This document shows, one piece after another, positions 1 through 9,604 of a stretch of DNA of 64,000 nucleotides. Origin of the DNA: a virus; the IMG/VR virus record IMGVR_UViG_3300027782_000035; one strand, 5' to 3'. The notes below the pieces were generated by a model. That model saw only the letters and a program-made list of their open reading frames with translations, ran no database searches and was not told the origin of the DNA. How positions within the stretch are numbered: position 1 is the first letter of the stretch; each line of letters opens with the position of its first letter. The position numbers were made by a program, and so were the translations under genes.

Positions 1-108
1 TTTTGTTTCTTCCAAAAAGATTTTCTCAAGAATGAACTGAAACGTATCATCGTTTACTTTAATAACATCAACTTTCATTCTATAGAAATCATTAAAGTCA
101 ATGATCAT
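1..108 (-). CDS. hypothetical protein, truncated by window edge (MIIDFNDFYRMK...)
   Basis: ATG at 106-108 overlaps the upstream stop (ATGA); frame open to window end. Confidence 0.5.
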   Translation of the reverse strand, partial: MIIDFNDFYRMKVDVIKVNDDTFQFILEKIFLEETK

Positions 109-332
109 GTGAAATCCCTTACGACATTCACTTTGATGATTTGTTGATCGCCAGCATATGCTTTTGCTGAGGACTCCTTAGGGAAGACCTTAACAACTAC
201 ATGCGACATATCATTTTCAAATTCAGAGAGAATCATGTATCCCTTCTGAAGACCTTTTGTCAAGGTTGTTGTTACCTCATCGGTGGCTGTAAATTTAGCT
301 TTTAGCAACGCTGGTACCTGCCTTTCTATCAT
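105..332 (-). CDS. hypothetical early protein
   Basis: 75 aa ORF with GGAG RBS directly downstream of the promoter at 364-392. Confidence 0.65.
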   Translation of the reverse strand: MIERQVPALLKAKFTATDEVTTTLTKGLQKGYMILSEFENDMSHVVVKVFPKESSAKAYAGDQQIIKVNVVRDFT

Positions 333-363
333 AATAAAATAACTCCAATTAGTTAATGATATA

Positions 364-392
364 ATTTTATATAAAATACGAATATTTGTACA
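364..392 (-). promoter_or_regulatory. phage early-type promoter TGTACA-N17-TAAAAT with AATATTCG after the -35
   Basis: Same motif and 17-nt spacing as about 10 other copies in the window. Confidence 0.7.
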
Positions 393-402
393 CCGAAATA
401 TT

Positions 403-1305
403 CTAAAGTATTCTAACTCCTATGCCAGTTATAGTATCTTCTTTAAAGATTTCTACAAAGTCTTTCGCCGTTATAGGAGAAGTAGTCTTTATCTTGTGAG
501 ATTCTCCACTTGGTTGTGGCATTTCAGCTGGCGCTTCTTGAACTTCTATTGGATCTTTTTTATTATATGAAAGTGTTTGATTTACAGCAACGAACATCAA
601 TACGGCAAGTGGATCAAACACAAACACTATGAGAAGAATCATAAGCCTGACGGCTTTTTCTAATATTGCGGCGTCAGGGTTATCTTCATATATTAACGCT
701 GCGATGTATTTGATCGGACCGACTTCGGCTTCGACTTTACGGAGTTCGACTGCAATTGGGGCTTTCTCGTCGTTAAGGGCTGCGATGGCTTTTTGGGCTG
801 TGGCGATCTCTTCGACGATACGGGTTCTCTCACGGGCTTGACCTCTTCTAATTGAGGCTGAACGATCGGCTCCTGCTTCACTGGTACTTCGATCGAGGGC
901 CGCGTTAACTTGTGAATCCAGTTGAGAAATTGTCTTACGAGCTGCATGTATGTTCTCCTTTTGAATATTGATTTTTTCGTCGATGATTGCAACCTTTGCT
1001 ACAACATCACCACTTGTTACACCTTGATCTAAATGTGCTTTAGACAAGAAACCAAATATACCCATGCTTGTTAATAGCATGAGAATTGCGATCGCACTTA
1101 CGAAGTAAGTTTTTAGTAATATCGTAGTGCGATACCAATTTTGATACAGCCATGACGTAACTACGATCTTAGATAGACCTAGTACTCCGCCCATGATTGC
1201 GATTGAATAAGGTGCGCCTGAGAAGATTGCCATCAATCCCATGATGGCATAATACTCTGCAATTGCTGAGAGTGATAGCGCGCTAAAGAATAGTAGATAT
1301 GTCAT
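403..1305 (-). CDS. membrane protein with N-terminal TM helices, long coiled coil and a C-terminal TM helix
   Basis: Hydrophobic segments plus heptad region; start MTYLLFF overlaps the upstream stop (ATGA). Confidence 0.7.
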   Translation of the reverse strand: MTYLLFFSALSLSAIAEYYAIMGLMAIFSGAPYSIAIMGGVLGLSKIVVTSWLYQNWYRTTILLKTYFVSAIAILMLLTSMGIFGFLSKAHLDQGVTSGDVVAKVAIIDEKINIQKENIHAARKTISQLDSQVNAALDRSTSEAGADRSASIRRGQARERTRIVEEIATAQKAIAALNDEKAPIAVELRKVEAEVGPIKYIAALIYEDNPDAAILEKAVRLMILLIVFVFDPLAVLMFVAVNQTLSYNKKDPIEVQEAPAEMPQPSGESHKIKTTSPITAKDFVEIFKEDTITGIGVRIL

Positions 1306-1700
1306 AACTTTACGTGTGTCCTGTGTATTTTGCATTGTATGATGCCATTATACCACAAATCTGGAAATTCTAGCACTCTGCGTGAAAATTGCTCACGTGC
1401 TTCCAGATATGACATAGTGCCTTTGTTAGCACACAAATATAGAATCTCTCGAGTGAAGTTCTCTTCACCAAGATTAATGACATCATTCTTCAGTTGTTCT
1501 GAAGATGACCAATATGTTTGCCAATCGGAAAGAGCTTTTTCTTTTTTCTTTTTGCCCTTAACTGTTCTAGTCTTGGAGAACCAAAAAAGTTTCTTTCCAA
1601 TGTACTGTCTATTATTTAGTTTATTAGTGATTAGATAAACATAGCCTATGTTTTTGTCTATATCACTTTCAGTAAATTCTTTATTTTGATAGATCCACAT
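1302..1700 (-). CDS. stand-alone GIY-YIG endonuclease
   Basis: GYVYLITN...YIGKK, later E and YN motifs; 132 aa catalytic domain only. Confidence 0.8.
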   Translation of the reverse strand: MWIYQNKEFTESDIDKNIGYVYLITNKLNNRQYIGKKLFWFSKTRTVKGKKKKEKALSDWQTYWSSSEQLKNDVINLGEENFTREILYLCANKGTMSYLEAREQFSRRVLEFPDLWYNGIIQCKIHRTHVKL

Positions 1701-1989
1701 TTATACCATTACTAATTCCTGTAATAGTATATTTATAATCAGATCCTGCAACGAAGTTATAGGTACCTTCAGAAGGCGTACTACCACAAGTTATTGTGAA
1801 TGGCGGCTCCCAATATGGCTTTGTTGTAACTGGCGAATACTCTTTGATCTTATAGTAGTCTGGTCTTAGATCAGGCCACGGAGCTGGAGTTTTATCTTCT
1901 TGATTCTGTGTATCAGAAACGCCAGTTTTAATTTCTTCGTATGTTCCATCGTCATAGTAGATTGTTACCTTATTGATCTTCTTCGACAT
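1681..1989 (-). CDS. hypothetical protein
   Basis: ORF; start moved to MSKKINK. Confidence 0.55.
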   Translation of the reverse strand: MSKKINKVTIYYDDGTYEEIKTGVSDTQNQEDKTPAPWPDLRPDYYKIKEYSPVTTKPYWEPPFTITCGSTPSEGTYNFVAGSDYKYTITGISNGINVDLSK

Positions 1990-2131
1990 CTTCGTACTCC
2001 TCTTCTTCAAAAATATCACTTCCACAGAAAGGACAATACGCTACATCAGATGTTCTAAATTGATCATCAGCTTTAAACGTAATCTTACCGTGGGCTCCAC
2101 AATTATCGCAATCAAAGTGTTTTAGTGCCAT
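1970..2131 (-). CDS. small zinc-ribbon protein with acidic tail (53 aa, not in ORF track)
   Basis: MALKHFDCDNCGAHG...YCPFCGSDIFEEEEYEDVEEDQ; two CxxC; TAATG overlap with nrdB stop. Confidence 0.75.
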   Translation of the reverse strand: MALKHFDCDNCGAHGKITFKADDQFRTSDVAYCPFCGSDIFEEEEYEDVEEDQ

Positions 2132-3120
2132 TATGCTGCTCTCCCCCAAACGTCATTCCATGATCCCCCTAGAGCTCCTTTAGCGTAATCAGTTACGCGG
2201 TTCTCAAAGAAGTTACCATGAATTGGTGCATTAATCATTTCCTCTACCCAAGGTAGAGGATTCTTTTTCACTTTGAAGATACCCTTCATTCCAAGACCGA
2301 TTAGACGACGATCAGCAATATAACGAATATAGTGCTTAACATCTTCCTTTGTCAGATCTTGCATAGGACCCATAGCAAATGCTAGATCAATGAAATTGTC
2401 TTCTAGTTCGACCATCTTCTCAGCAATAGTATATATCTTGCCTTTCAACGAGTCATTCCAGATCTCTGGATTCTCCTTGATATACTCTTTAAAGAGTTTA
2501 ATCATAGATTCAGTATGTTGAGTTTCATCTACAATAGACCAAGTTACGATCTGGCCCATACCTTTCATCTTGCCATGACGAGGAAAGTTTAATAGCATAA
2601 TGAATGAACTGAACAGTTGCATACCTTCAGTAAATGCTGAGAATACTGCGATATGTGTTGCAGTAGATTCTACGGTTGTATTTTTAGAAGAGATGTCCAT
2701 GATGTAATCATGTTTGTCTTTCATTTCCTGATACGCAAGGAATTCGTTGTATGTAGTATCAGGTAAGCCAAGTGTTTCAATGAGGTGAGAGTATGCTGCA
2801 ATGTGAAGTGCTTCACGTGCTGCAAATCCTAATAGCATCATTCTTACTTCAGGCTGAGGGAAGTAAGGTAGATAATTACGTACATAACCACCAGCTACGT
2901 CGATGTCACCTTGTGTAAAGAAGCGGAAGATGTGTGTAAGAAACTTCTTTTCTTCGCTAGTTAGTTTCTTTTTCCAGTCTTTAACATCTTCTGCCATTGG
3001 AACTTCAGTGTGAAGCCAATGACTTTGTTCATGCTTTAACCATGCATCATATGCCCACGGATAGTTAAATGGTTTGAACGTATTACGTTCTGATAATAGA
3101 TTACTTTTTTCTCTAGCCAT
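2131..3120 (-). CDS. nrdB: ribonucleotide reductase class Ia beta subunit
   Basis: FFTQGD, EALHIAAYS, EGMQLFSSF, DETQH and NFFE motifs. Confidence 0.97.
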   Translation of the reverse strand: MAREKSNLLSERNTFKPFNYPWAYDAWLKHEQSHWLHTEVPMAEDVKDWKKKLTSEEKKFLTHIFRFFTQGDIDVAGGYVRNYLPYFPQPEVRMMLLGFAAREALHIAAYSHLIETLGLPDTTYNEFLAYQEMKDKHDYIMDISSKNTTVESTATHIAVFSAFTEGMQLFSSFIMLLNFPRHGKMKGMGQIVTWSIVDETQHTESMIKLFKEYIKENPEIWNDSLKGKIYTIAEKMVELEDNFIDLAFAMGPMQDLTKEDVKHYIRYIADRRLIGLGMKGIFKVKKNPLPWVEEMINAPIHGNFFENRVTDYAKGALGGSWNDVWGRAA

Positions 3121-3439
3121 TTATAATCTCTCTTGATTGTTTTTGAGCGTCATTCATAATCTCTCTTAATTCTTTTCGTGTGCCATTTATAAACTCCCTC
3201 AATTGTTCTTGTGTTAAAGATCCAGTAATTCTTCTTGTTTCAGTCGACTCGGCGTTACGGCCTGACATCATTATGAGTGTAGGAACAGTTCTTATATTAA
3301 ACTGCTTTGCCATCTCTATGTTGTCATCTATGTCAATTTCGATAAACTCAGTATCAAGATCGTTAGTATTCTTAACAACTTCCGAAAGAGATTTACATGG
3401 TGCGCACCATGATGCTTGAAATTTGTATACGATTTTCAT
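3113..3439 (-). CDS. thioredoxin
   Basis: WCAPC active site, cis-Pro motif TVPT; lies between nrdA and nrdB. Confidence 0.9.
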   Translation of the reverse strand: MKIVYKFQASWCAPCKSLSEVVKNTNDLDTEFIEIDIDDNIEMAKQFNIRTVPTLIMMSGRNAESTETRRITGSLTQEQLREFINGTRKELREIMNDAQKQSREIING

Positions 3440-3631
3440 TTACCAGTTCCTTATAGTGTTGGCTATAATAAAGAAACATGTGATAACATGTATTATAACC
3501 CAAAATGTTTTTAGTGCCAAAGCTACGTGAGCTTCTTTAAGAGTAAGGATAGGAACATCTGGTCTATCCTTATCATCTTGTCCCATTAGATGGCCAGTAG
3601 CTCTGGCCCATATTTTCCAGTATTTCATCAT
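3440..3631 (-). CDS. small membrane protein
   Basis: 63 aa with C-terminal hydrophobic helix; coupled to nrdA stop. Confidence 0.6.
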   Translation of the reverse strand: MMKYWKIWARATGHLMGQDDKDRPDVPILTLKEAHVALALKTFWVIIHVITCFFIIANTIRNW

Positions 3632-5436
3632 CCCTCACATGCAATACAATCGTTGCCTTGGGCGATTGCCGCTAGATCAAGCTCTTTGATGATTTCTCTT
3701 TCCACTTTTCTTGCAACCTTATCGGCCTTGCCGATCTTTTCAGAACGGCAGTAATATAGTGTCTTGAGCTTTTTCTTCCATGCTAAGAAATGAACACTAT
3801 GAATATATTTGATGTGCGAGTCTGGTCGAAAGAATATATTAATAGACTGAGCTTGATCTATATATTGTTGTCTATCAGCAGCATGTTCAATGACCCAGCG
3901 CTGATCAATTTCCATAGAAGTCTTAAACACTTCCTTAGTATGCTCATCCATCCAATCTAAGTGTTGAACACTACCATCATTGGCGATAATTGAAGACCAG
4001 ATATCATTGTAATCATTTTGTGATATTGTTCCACTATCGCTAGACAAGTGATTCTGAATAACTTTATCAAGCCAACGATTCTTGTTTAGGTGAGAACCCG
4101 AAAGAGTATCTTGCCTATAAGCATTGGCGCGATAAGGTTCAACGCTAGGACTAGTGTTGCCCATAAGAATGGAAGAAGAAGCATTGGGAGCAATAGCCAT
4201 AAGATGACTAAACCTATTCCCAGTACCCACTGCATCAGGCGCTTCACCTCTTTCCAATCCCAACTGCTTGTTCGCTTCATCTAACTTCTCTCTTATATTT
4301 TTGAATATTCTATTATTCAAAGATTTTGCTACCACTGATTCCCATGCGATGTTATTCTTTTGCAGTAGTGCATGCCAGCCCAAAGCACCGATACCAATGC
4401 TGCGCTCACAACTGGCAGAATACTTTGCACGCTTAATAGCGGAAGGAGCATTATCAATAAAATACTGAAGAACATTATCAAGCATTTCAGCAATATCACG
4501 CAAAAATAGAGGATGGTCTTTCCATTCATCGTAATACTCTAAATTTAGAGATGACAGACAACATACTGCAGTACGCTTTTCGTTTGTTGGAAGAATAATT
4601 TCAGAACAAAGATTTGACTGGTGAATCTTTAATCCTTTGTCCTTAAGCCATTGCGGAAGTTTTCTGTTAGACTCATCGATGAAATGAATGTATGGTTCAC
4701 CTGTCATCATTCGCAATTCTAGTATCTGTTGCCATAAGTGTTTAGCTGATACAACTTCACGCACTTCATTACTTGCTGGATCAATAAGTTGCCAATCGTC
4801 ATTAGCATCAGGATCGATCATGCACTTTTCAATAATTTCCATGAATCGATCTGGAATATTAACGCCATGATGAAGATTCAGAGTACGCATGTTTTGATCG
4901 CCTGTTGGCTTACGCATTTCTAAAAAGTTGATGATGTCTGGGTGATCAATAGACAGATAAGCAGCATAACTGCCACGACGGGTGCGACCCTGACGGTATG
5001 CCAAACTAGATGCGTCATACATTTTGAGGTGAGGCATAACGCCAGTACTTTTATCGTCAGCCGAACGAATACCAAAGCCAATCCCAACACCACCGCCCAA
5101 CATACTAAGCCAATTTGTTTCAGATAGATTATCAACTAGACCCTCCGCAGTATCTTCAATAAAGTTGAGAAAACATGAGATAGGTAAGCCACGCTTACTG
5201 CGCCCATAACTAAGAATAGGAGTGCTATAAGATAACCAATGTTTACTGCTATACTCATATAGACGCAGAGCGTGAGCCCCATCGGTTCCGAAAGTCGATG
5301 AAACATATGCAAACCTTTCTTGAGGCGAAACCTCTTCATCCTTCATATAAGATTCTTTTAATCTAATTCTACCCAATTCATCAAATAGATTATCACGTGT
5401 ATAATCCACCTTGATGCCGTGTACAACGTCATCCAT
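3628..5436 (-). CDS. nrdA: ribonucleotide reductase class Ia alpha subunit (short, no obvious ATP-cone)
   Basis: SNLCSEI, APNASSS, TLYY and C-terminal CIAC motifs. Confidence 0.97.
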   Translation of the reverse strand: MDDVVHGIKVDYTRDNLFDELGRIRLKESYMKDEEVSPQERFAYVSSTFGTDGAHALRLYEYSSKHWLSYSTPILSYGRSKRGLPISCFLNFIEDTAEGLVDNLSETNWLSMLGGGVGIGFGIRSADDKSTGVMPHLKMYDASSLAYRQGRTRRGSYAAYLSIDHPDIINFLEMRKPTGDQNMRTLNLHHGVNIPDRFMEIIEKCMIDPDANDDWQLIDPASNEVREVVSAKHLWQQILELRMMTGEPYIHFIDESNRKLPQWLKDKGLKIHQSNLCSEIILPTNEKRTAVCCLSSLNLEYYDEWKDHPLFLRDIAEMLDNVLQYFIDNAPSAIKRAKYSASCERSIGIGALGWHALLQKNNIAWESVVAKSLNNRIFKNIREKLDEANKQLGLERGEAPDAVGTGNRFSHLMAIAPNASSSILMGNTSPSVEPYRANAYRQDTLSGSHLNKNRWLDKVIQNHLSSDSGTISQNDYNDIWSSIIANDGSVQHLDWMDEHTKEVFKTSMEIDQRWVIEHAADRQQYIDQAQSINIFFRPDSHIKYIHSVHFLAWKKKLKTLYYCRSEKIGKADKVARKVEREIIKELDLAAIAQGNDCIACEG

Positions 5437-5447
5437 ATTTCTTTCCC

Positions 5448-6131
5448 TTATTGTGTTATATAATTATTGGCTAGAGGAAATACTTCCGCGATAACCTTAG
5501 CACATTCTAGTGCAACGAGTCTGTGTTCTTTTTGTGTGCCATTACCTGAGCGTAGTTGGATAAAGTGTATCCACGATCTCAGTGTACCATTCATATATAG
5601 GCGACTTACCGTGTTACCTTCCGGTAATACAGCTCTAGCCTGTTCTTTAGCTATGCCATTATCAATTGCCCATTGATAAGCATTCTTTGCTTCTTCAATG
5701 ACTCGCTTTTGCATGTTTTCCCATTGATAAGCAACAAATCTATCCTTATCTGTTTCTAAATTAAAGTCTACGCTGTTCTGTCGATTCTTGCTATCTTGGT
5801 AACGTGGCTCTCTTAGTACGAAATTCAGATCCTTGGTAGGATCTGCGTATCGTTGAGAGAATTCTTGAAAGGAAAAGCTGCGATGACGTAGCATCTGCCG
5901 TGCAATGTCTCGAGTAGTTTCTATCTCGAGACATGCTGAAACCATTTCGAGTGGAGACCAGTGTTGATGCTTAACCAAATAATTGATTAGCTTTTCTGAT
6001 GTTTCTGTGTTGAATTGATTCGAAGGATTAGACACTCTAGCACAAAAAGCAATAAGTTCTTGCACATCATAAAGACCTTCAGATATCAATTCTTTAGAAG
6101 GTTTAGAAAAAGAAATTAATTTAACTTGCAC
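5448..6131 (-). CDS. thyX: flavin-dependent thymidylate synthase
   Basis: RHRSFSFQEFSQRY signature; GTG start after GGAG. Confidence 0.96.
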   Translation of the reverse strand: MQVKLISFSKPSKELISEGLYDVQELIAFCARVSNPSNQFNTETSEKLINYLVKHQHWSPLEMVSACLEIETTRDIARQMLRHRSFSFQEFSQRYADPTKDLNFVLREPRYQDSKNRQNSVDFNLETDKDRFVAYQWENMQKRVIEEAKNAYQWAIDNGIAKEQARAVLPEGNTVSRLYMNGTLRSWIHFIQLRSGNGTQKEHRLVALECAKVIAEVFPLANNYITQ

Positions 6132-6162
6132 CGTATCTCCGTTTAATATAGTCACCTGGTTG

Positions 6163-6191
6163 ATTATATATTAAACGCGTGATCTAGTACA
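6163..6191 (-). promoter_or_regulatory. promoter TGTACT-N17-TATAAT for thyX-nrdA-trx-nrdB
   Basis: Motif and spacing match the phage promoter family. Confidence 0.75.
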
Positions 6192-6195
6192 ATTT

Positions 6196-6525
6196 TTATT
6201 TTAAAATTCTATCTAACAAATTTATATGTGACAATAGATAACCAATTGCTATAGCGCCGCCTACGATCATCCATTTCCAACGCTCTAAAAGATCTACACG
6301 ATCATTGATCGCATCAATTTTTTTCGACATTGCAGCATGTTGATCTGCGTCACTACGTGCTAAAGCATCAATTTTATTGTCAATATGGTCTGTAATCTCG
6401 CGCGTCGTGGTAGTTACACGCGAGTGTAGTTCTTTGATGTCTTGCTTTACAGCGGCAACATCTTCTTTAACGCCTTCTACGTGTGCTTCCATTTTAGCAA
6501 TTCTTTCTGACAATTCCATAATCAT
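6196..6525 (-). CDS. coiled-coil protein with C-terminal TM (XhlA/holin-like)
   Basis: Heptads then WKWMIVGGAIAIGYLL; end of lysis cluster. Confidence 0.6.
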   Translation of the reverse strand: MIMELSERIAKMEAHVEGVKEDVAAVKQDIKELHSRVTTTTREITDHIDNKIDALARSDADQHAAMSKKIDAINDRVDLLERWKWMIVGGAIAIGYLLSHINLLDRILK

Positions 6526-6731
6526 TACTTCTTATCTGGAACTTTCGTTCCTTCTAATTTATTATGGACTTTCATTTCCTTGCAATTCTGCTTTACGTTG
6601 CCCTTGGCATCTTTAACAGGTTTGCCCTCTTTGTCTTTAACATCAACGCAAACTTTTGTTTTTTCAGCATCAGCATAAACTGCTGTTGACATACCAAACA
6701 ATAAAGCGATGGATAATACTACTGATTTCAT
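6525..6731 (-). CDS. small secreted protein with two Cys
   Basis: Signal peptide ending AVYA; Lys-rich mature part. Confidence 0.6.
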   Translation of the reverse strand: MKSVVLSIALLFGMSTAVYADAEKTKVCVDVKDKEGKPVKDAKGNVKQNCKEMKVHNKLEGTKVPDKK

Positions 6732-6733
6732 TT

Positions 6734-6949
6734 TTATTCCTTTTTAGTGAATTTTTCGGATGCTGTAAAACCTAAGCCCGCTATTACAATGTACATCATC
6801 GAATCAAAAATCTTTGAATCTATTGGGTGGCCATATACCATAGCAATGTACCCACCACCACACAATAAAAATGCGAGAAGCGTGACTACTCTTTTGCTAG
6901 AAACGGTATTGTTAGTACCATCTGATAACACACTTAATATGAAATTCAT
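6734..6949 (-). CDS. two-TM holin-like protein
   Basis: 71 aa, SSKR then two TM helices and a charged tail. Confidence 0.55.
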   Translation of the reverse strand: MNFILSVLSDGTNNTVSSKRVVTLLAFLLCGGGYIAMVYGHPIDSKIFDSMMYIVIAGLGFTASEKFTKKE

Positions 6950-7450
6950 TTATAACTCTGGTTGAAAGGCTGGAGCAGGTGCGGGTTTACCTCCGAAGCC
7001 TGTGACAATTTGAGGCTGAGATACGCTTCCAAAGCTATTTCCGCCTCCCATTGGTTGCGATCCAAAACTGTTTGTTGGCGTAGAAAAGCTAGATGTTGTA
7101 GAGAGGCCTGGTGTAGAGGATGTCGTTGGTGCATTTGGTGGTGGTCCTGAAACTACTGGTGGTTTATTAGCCGCATCAAGTGCTTTTGCTCTCAAGTCTT
7201 TATCGTTACCAGCCAACATAATACCAGATAAAGTACCAGTTAAAAATGTCGCAATTGGAATAATCAACTCAAAAAATTTCTGGTCAATAGGACTAATGGC
7301 ATTCAATGGTTGTGTCACAAAGATTAACGAATATAGTACAACAAATACAATGCCAAATAATGTCAATGATAGACAAATGCCGATAAAGAATTTTAATCGA
7401 GCCATTAGTTGCTCTTCAGTATACATAATGTCGGGTTGATTATTTTCCAC
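6950..7450 (-). CDS. two-TM membrane protein with Pro/Ser/Thr-rich tail
   Basis: GTG start after AAGGAG; two hydrophobic helices. Confidence 0.65.
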   Translation of the reverse strand: MENNQPDIMYTEEQLMARLKFFIGICLSLTLFGIVFVVLYSLIFVTQPLNAISPIDQKFFELIIPIATFLTGTLSGIMLAGNDKDLRAKALDAANKPPVVSGPPPNAPTTSSTPGLSTTSSFSTPTNSFGSQPMGGGNSFGSVSQPQIVTGFGGKPAPAPAFQPEL

Positions 7451-7757
7451 AGTTTGCTCCTTGTGATGTAGGCGCTGCCACACACGCTGGAGTGGCTGGC
7501 GTAAATGATTGTACAGGTGTTTGAGTTGATCCATCTTTTGGGGGTCCTAATCTTGGGTCACGTTGACCTTTAAAAATGTGTTCGGGACATTCTCTTCGAA
7601 CATCACATGTAGGCATTTTGCACATATCCTTATCCCAATTTGCAGGATCCTGACATGGATAGCGGAATCTATCACCGCTGAATATTGCTAAGGTTAATGG
7701 CAATAATAGTAATAGAAACAACCATCTTACTAATTTAATATCGTTATGAGATGACAT
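7440..7757 (-). CDS. membrane-anchored Cys-rich exported protein
   Basis: N-terminal hydrophobic helix then RYPCQDPANW..C...C.....CP. Confidence 0.65.
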   Translation of the reverse strand: MSSHNDIKLVRWLFLLLLLPLTLAIFSGDRFRYPCQDPANWDKDMCKMPTCDVRRECPEHIFKGQRDPRLGPPKDGSTQTPVQSFTPATPACVAAPTSQGANCGK

Positions 7758-7762
7758 ATGTA

Positions 7763-8386
7763 TTAAACTCCTAAAACGTGTAAGGCGTGTTCATAATGTT
7801 TAATACGATCTTCAAGTCCAATGGTACCGCCGTTGATTCGTTTTGTCAATGTAACGATATCGCCTTTGTCGGCCCATTGATTTAAATTGTTTGTTTCCCA
7901 GAACCAGCAAGCTGATTGGGCTGCACCTTCAAATGTAGCCATGTACTCTGCGGCTTCTTCTACAGAAATTTGTAGTGAGCCAGCAAAGAATGTATAATTA
8001 TCTTTACCAGTCAACTGAATTAGACCACGACCACGGTATCTGTATCCATCACCAGAAGATTCATCGCCATTGCCCATGCGTGATGCATAGATTTTGTTTG
8101 CGATAGCTTCTTGTTTGTTTGGCTTAGAGCAATACTGTGTCGCAATCTCATCATTAGGAAAATACTTAGCAAACAACTTGCGTAGAGTTGGTGGCTTATA
8201 GTTTAGATTTTCTTGTAGTGCAGTAAAACCACCAGATTCATGTGAACATTGCGCAATGAAAGCTGCAATGCGTTTTGCATTATTGATTTCGTAATCTGGT
8301 AGCAATTGTGAAAGCGCATGATGCCAATGCTCTACGTATGGATTTTTTGGCAATAGCTGCTTTAGTTGTTCTAATGTTAATTCCAT
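7763..8386 (-). CDS. endolysin, glycoside hydrolase family 19
   Basis: FIAQCSHESG, YRGRGLIQLTG, TKRINGG motifs. Confidence 0.92.
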   Translation of the reverse strand: MELTLEQLKQLLPKNPYVEHWHHALSQLLPDYEINNAKRIAAFIAQCSHESGGFTALQENLNYKPPTLRKLFAKYFPNDEIATQYCSKPNKQEAIANKIYASRMGNGDESSGDGYRYRGRGLIQLTGKDNYTFFAGSLQISVEEAAEYMATFEGAAQSACWFWETNNLNQWADKGDIVTLTKRINGGTIGLEDRIKHYEHALHVLGV

Positions 8387-8394
8387 GGCAATCC

Positions 8395-8664
8395 TTATTT
8401 GTTAAATACTTCATCATGTATCGCCTTTTGATCGTTGATCCATTTCACGAGTAAATCGTGTTTTGCCGCACAATCGTAGTAAAGCGAGTAGTTTTTAGTA
8501 ACTGCTTTCAAAAATTCAGTTAATTGTTCTTCATTCTCATTAAGTTTATATAAATCAATGCATTTCTCTGAAATTACTTCAGGAAGTTTTGGAAATTGGT
8601 GTTTGACTGGTGTAGCAACACAACCAGCCAATAAAAATAAGCAAGCAATTAAACTATATTTCAT
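8395..8664 (-). CDS. o-spanin (Rz1-like lipoprotein)
   Basis: Lipobox LAGC; overlaps the upstream i-spanin; next to endolysin. Confidence 0.75.
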   Translation of the reverse strand: MKYSLIACLFLLAGCVATPVKHQFPKLPEVISEKCIDLYKLNENEEQLTEFLKAVTKNYSLYYDCAAKHDLLVKWINDQKAIHDEVFNK

Positions 8665-9098
8665 TTCGGGGCCTTTGCTGCTTCATTATGTAGTGTAATC
8701 ACTTCCTTTGGCAGTTTACAAACTTCATTATACTTAGTGATTTCACGATCTATATATCGAATTTGTTCTTCGCCTTTTTCGCGTATAACTTCTCGTTTCG
8801 TAATATATTTAGTAACTACTTCAGTGCTAACTTTCTCAGACTTAACTTGAGATTCGGCGTATTGTTTTTCTAGTTCAGCTACGCGATCTTTCCACTTCTG
8901 TTCATTTGCAATAACACCTGACATATAAACGCCAAGTGCGATCATTGCTACAGACGCTAACTGAATAGGAGTCTTGTAGATAAAGATCGCAGGAATAGGA
9001 ATAAAGCGAAGAAAATAAGTTACAACTAAGCCTACTAAACCCATGCTTAGTATTGCGTAAAAAATCCAGTCAGGAAGTAATTGTAATACCCATAACAT
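8661..9098 (-). CDS. i-spanin (Rz-like)
   Basis: N-terminal TM, coiled coil, C-terminal Cys and HNEAA. Confidence 0.72.
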   Translation of the reverse strand: MLWVLQLLPDWIFYAILSMGLVGLVVTYFLRFIPIPAIFIYKTPIQLASVAMIALGVYMSGVIANEQKWKDRVAELEKQYAESQVKSEKVSTEVVTKYITKREVIREKGEEQIRYIDREITKYNEVCKLPKEVITLHNEAAKAPK

Positions 9099-9109
9099 GT
9101 CTTATTCCA

Positions 9110-9604
9110 TTATTTCTTAGAGTCGTTATCAAACTGTTTGAAAGTTGCTTTCATGATACCTTTGAAACGCTTATGGCCTAGATCATATTTTCCAGCTTTA
9201 TCTGCAGCTGTAGCAGCCATACCAGCTTTTTCTTTGTAACGAGCTAATAAGTCAGAAGACAATTCATTAACTGATTCTTCTTCCACTGTTTTTTGCGAGT
9301 ACATATAATCACATGCTGTTTGCACATAATCTTGTGCTAAAGTAATTTTAGATTGAACCCACTCAGGAAGATTATCGTTTTTGCTTAATTGATCATGCAA
9401 TTCTTGTGCATGGTAGATAATAGTACGTAGCTGTGCCATGACCATATCGCCTTCTTGGTCATATTCACCAGCATCTTTAGCTTCTACTACAGCTTTCTTT
9501 TTTTCTTTCTTTTTAGCATCATCAGCTTTCTTTTGACGAGCTTGAATAGATTGATCGTATTTTGGTTCATCCATAGGTCTAAAGGATTCTTTAAATGTTT
9601 TCAT
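9110..9604 (-). CDS. probable internal head protein
   Basis: N-terminus MKTFKES resembles T4 capsid-targeting sequence; LPEWVQSKIT motif; (L/V)xE sites. Confidence 0.6.
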   Translation of the reverse strand: MKTFKESFRPMDEPKYDQSIQARQKKADDAKKKEKKKAVVEAKDAGEYDQEGDMVMAQLRTIIYHAQELHDQLSKNDNLPEWVQSKITLAQDYVQTACDYMYSQKTVEEESVNELSSDLLARYKEKAGMAATAADKAGKYDLGHKRFKGIMKATFKQFDNDSKK

